Source: Takakia lepidozioides (lineage: Eukaryota; Plantae; Bryophyta). Taken from it: a DNA stretch of 64,000 bases. The stretch is from contig CM060731.1 in the NCBI GenBank assembly GCA_030704615.1, positions 38,750,001 to 38,814,000 on the forward strand, given 5' to 3'. Shown piece after piece: positions 62,301-64,000 of the stretch. A program made the translations under genes and the position numbers. How positions within the stretch are numbered: position 1 is the stretch's first letter; every line of letters begins with the position of its first letter. A model generated the notes under the pieces. It was not told the origin of the DNA, ran no database searches, and was given only the letters and a program-made list of their open reading frames with translations.

Positions 62301-64000
62301 TACCTCACTTACCTGGGTCTCGGGTTCTTCCGGTTCGATGGCGGCCTCCTCAATAGCGGCAGGCAGGGCAGGCTCGGTCTCCTTCTCGGGAGCAAGTGCA
62401 AGGTCAGGGTCAAGCTCCTTTGGTTCATATTCCGGGGCTTCCTGAACCGGTTCCTCCTCCACGGGGGCTGGTTCCCTCTCCGCTATAAGCACTGCAAGCG
62501 CTTCAGGCCTGAGGTCCCTTGCTTCTTCATAGACAGGTGCAACGGGCTCTTCTTCCAAATTGGCATCCTGATCCTCAACCGGTTTAACAATATCGGGGGT
62601 GGCAGGCGCTGCTTCCTCCTCCGCGGCAACCTCTACAAGCTGCTCCTTTTCCTCGGCCTTTGGAGGTGCATGTACATCAGTGACCTCCTCCGGCTCGGGT
62701 TCTTCGGGTTCAACGGCGGCCTCCTCAACAGCAATAGGCGGCACATGCTCTGTGTCCTTCTCGGGAGCAAGATGTTCAAGTTCAGGGTCAAGCTCCTTTG
62801 GTTCATATTCCGGGGCTTCCTCAACCAGTTCCTCCTCCACGGGGGCTGGTTCCCTCTCCGCTACAAGCTCTGCAAGCGCTTCAGGCCCGAGGTCCCTTGC
62901 TTCTTCAGATACAGGTGCAACGGGCTCTTCTTCCAAATTGGCATCCTGATCCTCAACCGGTTTAACAATATCGGGGGTGGCAGGCGCTGCTTCCTCCTCC
63001 GCGGCAACCTCTACAAGCTGCTCCTTTTCCACGGCCTTTGGAGGTGCATGTACATCAGTGACCTCCTCCGGCTCGGGTTCTTCGGGTTCAACGGCGGCCT
63101 CCTCAACAGCAATAAGCGGCACATGCTCTGTGTCCTTCTCGGGAGCAAGATGTTCAAGTTCAGGGTCAAGCTCCTTTGGTTCATATTCCGGGGCTTCCTC
63201 AACCAGTTCCTCCTCCACGGGGGCTGGTTCCCTCTCCGCTACAAGCTCTGCAAGCGCTTCAGGCCCGAGGTCCCTTGCTTCTTCAGATACAGGTGCAACG
63301 GGCTCTTCTTCCAAATTGGCATCCTGATCCTCAACCGGTTTAACAATACGGGGGTGGCAGGTGCTGCTTCCTCCTCCGCGGCAACCTCTACAAGCTGCTC
63401 CTTTTCCTCGGCCTTTGGAGGTGCAAGTACATCAGTGACCTCCTCCGGCTCGGGTTCTTCGGGATCAACGGCAGCCTCCTGAACAACAGTAGGCGGCGCA
63501 AGCTCTGTGTCCTTCTCGGGAGCAAGATGTTCAAGTTCAGGGTCAAGCTCCTTTGGTTCATATTCCGGGGCTTCCTCAACTGGTTCCTCCTCCACGGGGG
63601 CTGGTTCCCTCTCCGCTACCAGCTCTGCAAACGCTTCTGGCTCGAGGTCCCTTGCTTCTTCTTGGAGAGGTGCAACCGCCTGTTCTTCCAACTTGGCATC
63701 CTGAACCTCAACAATGTCGGGGGTGGCAAGTGCTGCTTCCTCCTCCGCCGGGACTAGATCAGCGGGTGGCAATGGTTCAGCAACCTCCTCGACCAGCTCA
63801 TTCTCCTCGGCCTCTTGCGGCACTATTAACTCACTTACCTCCGGCTCGGGTTCTTCTGTTCGTTGGCGGCCTCCTCAATAGCGGCAGGCGACGCAGGCTT
63901 ACTCTCCTTCTCGGGAGCAAGTTCATGTTCAGACCCAAGCTCCTTTGGTTTAGCTTCCGGGGCTTCCTCAACCGGTTCCTCCTCCACTGGGGCTGGTTCC
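35362..64000 (-). CDS. giant exon encoding a Glu/Pro/Ala-rich tandem-repeat protein (titin PEVK-like composition); 5' end outside the window; apparent frameshifts
   Basis: Colinear ORF segments of 2614, 2127, 2565, 596 and 386 aa, plus shorter ones, all encode the same repeat. Breaks coincide with small indels. No nonsense codons were noticed in the repeat frame. Confidence 0.85.
36790..64000 (-). repeat. coding tandem array of ~70 units of 393 bp (131 aa) or 378 bp (126 aa)
   Basis: Shadow-ORF starts recur at 393-bp spacing (57888, 58281, 58674) and 378-bp spacing (62599, 62977). Unit: DHDAKLEEEPVAPVHEEARDLEPEALAELVAEREPAPVEEEPVEEAPEAEPKELEPELELAPEKETEPALPAAVEEAAVEPEEPEPEVSEVIAPPEAEEKELVEEVAEPLPPADLVPAEEEAAPATPDIVE. 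Confidence 0.97.

Noticed and set aside
35610-63757. Hundreds of + strand ORFs (SSSAGT-rich, QQPPRP-rich, LLWF-rich) and alternative minus-strand frames
   Set aside because: They are shadow frames of the Glu/Pro/Ala codons. They stop once every unit or so, whereas the E-rich frame stays open.

Overview
Eukaryotic, land-plant-type DNA. The PLS-class PPR remnant, iMet-primed chromoviruses and DUF659 hAT support this; a non-seed plant is plausible but is only an inference. The window has two halves. (1) 1-~33 kb is a nested transposon cluster. An old + strand Ty3/gypsy chromovirus (LTR-homologous segments at 798 and 29520, gag at ~1.0-1.65 kb, RNaseH-integrase-chromodomain at 27.9-29.5 kb) brackets DNA-transposon remains: a CACTA-like terminus, a hAT transposase flanked by inverted ~120-bp repeat arrays, arrays of 24-bp palindromes and two MITEs. 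These were then hit four times by one younger Galadriel-like chromovirus family with ~720-bp LTRs: a truncated copy, an internally deleted copy (TSD CCAGG), a full-length copy (TSD CGTGT) and a solo LTR (TSD CACTG). (2) ~34.3-64 kb is the 3' part of one giant minus-strand gene. About 27 kb consists of ~70 tandem 393/378-bp units encoding a Glu/Pro/Ala-rich 131/126-aa repeat, followed by an acidic unique tail and two small spliced exons. About 9,800 codons are visible and the 5' end lies beyond the window. The array is broken only by scattered small indels that look like sequencing errors. This titin-PEVK-like giant repeat protein is the most striking object. No database searches were run; all family assignments are from motif recognition.
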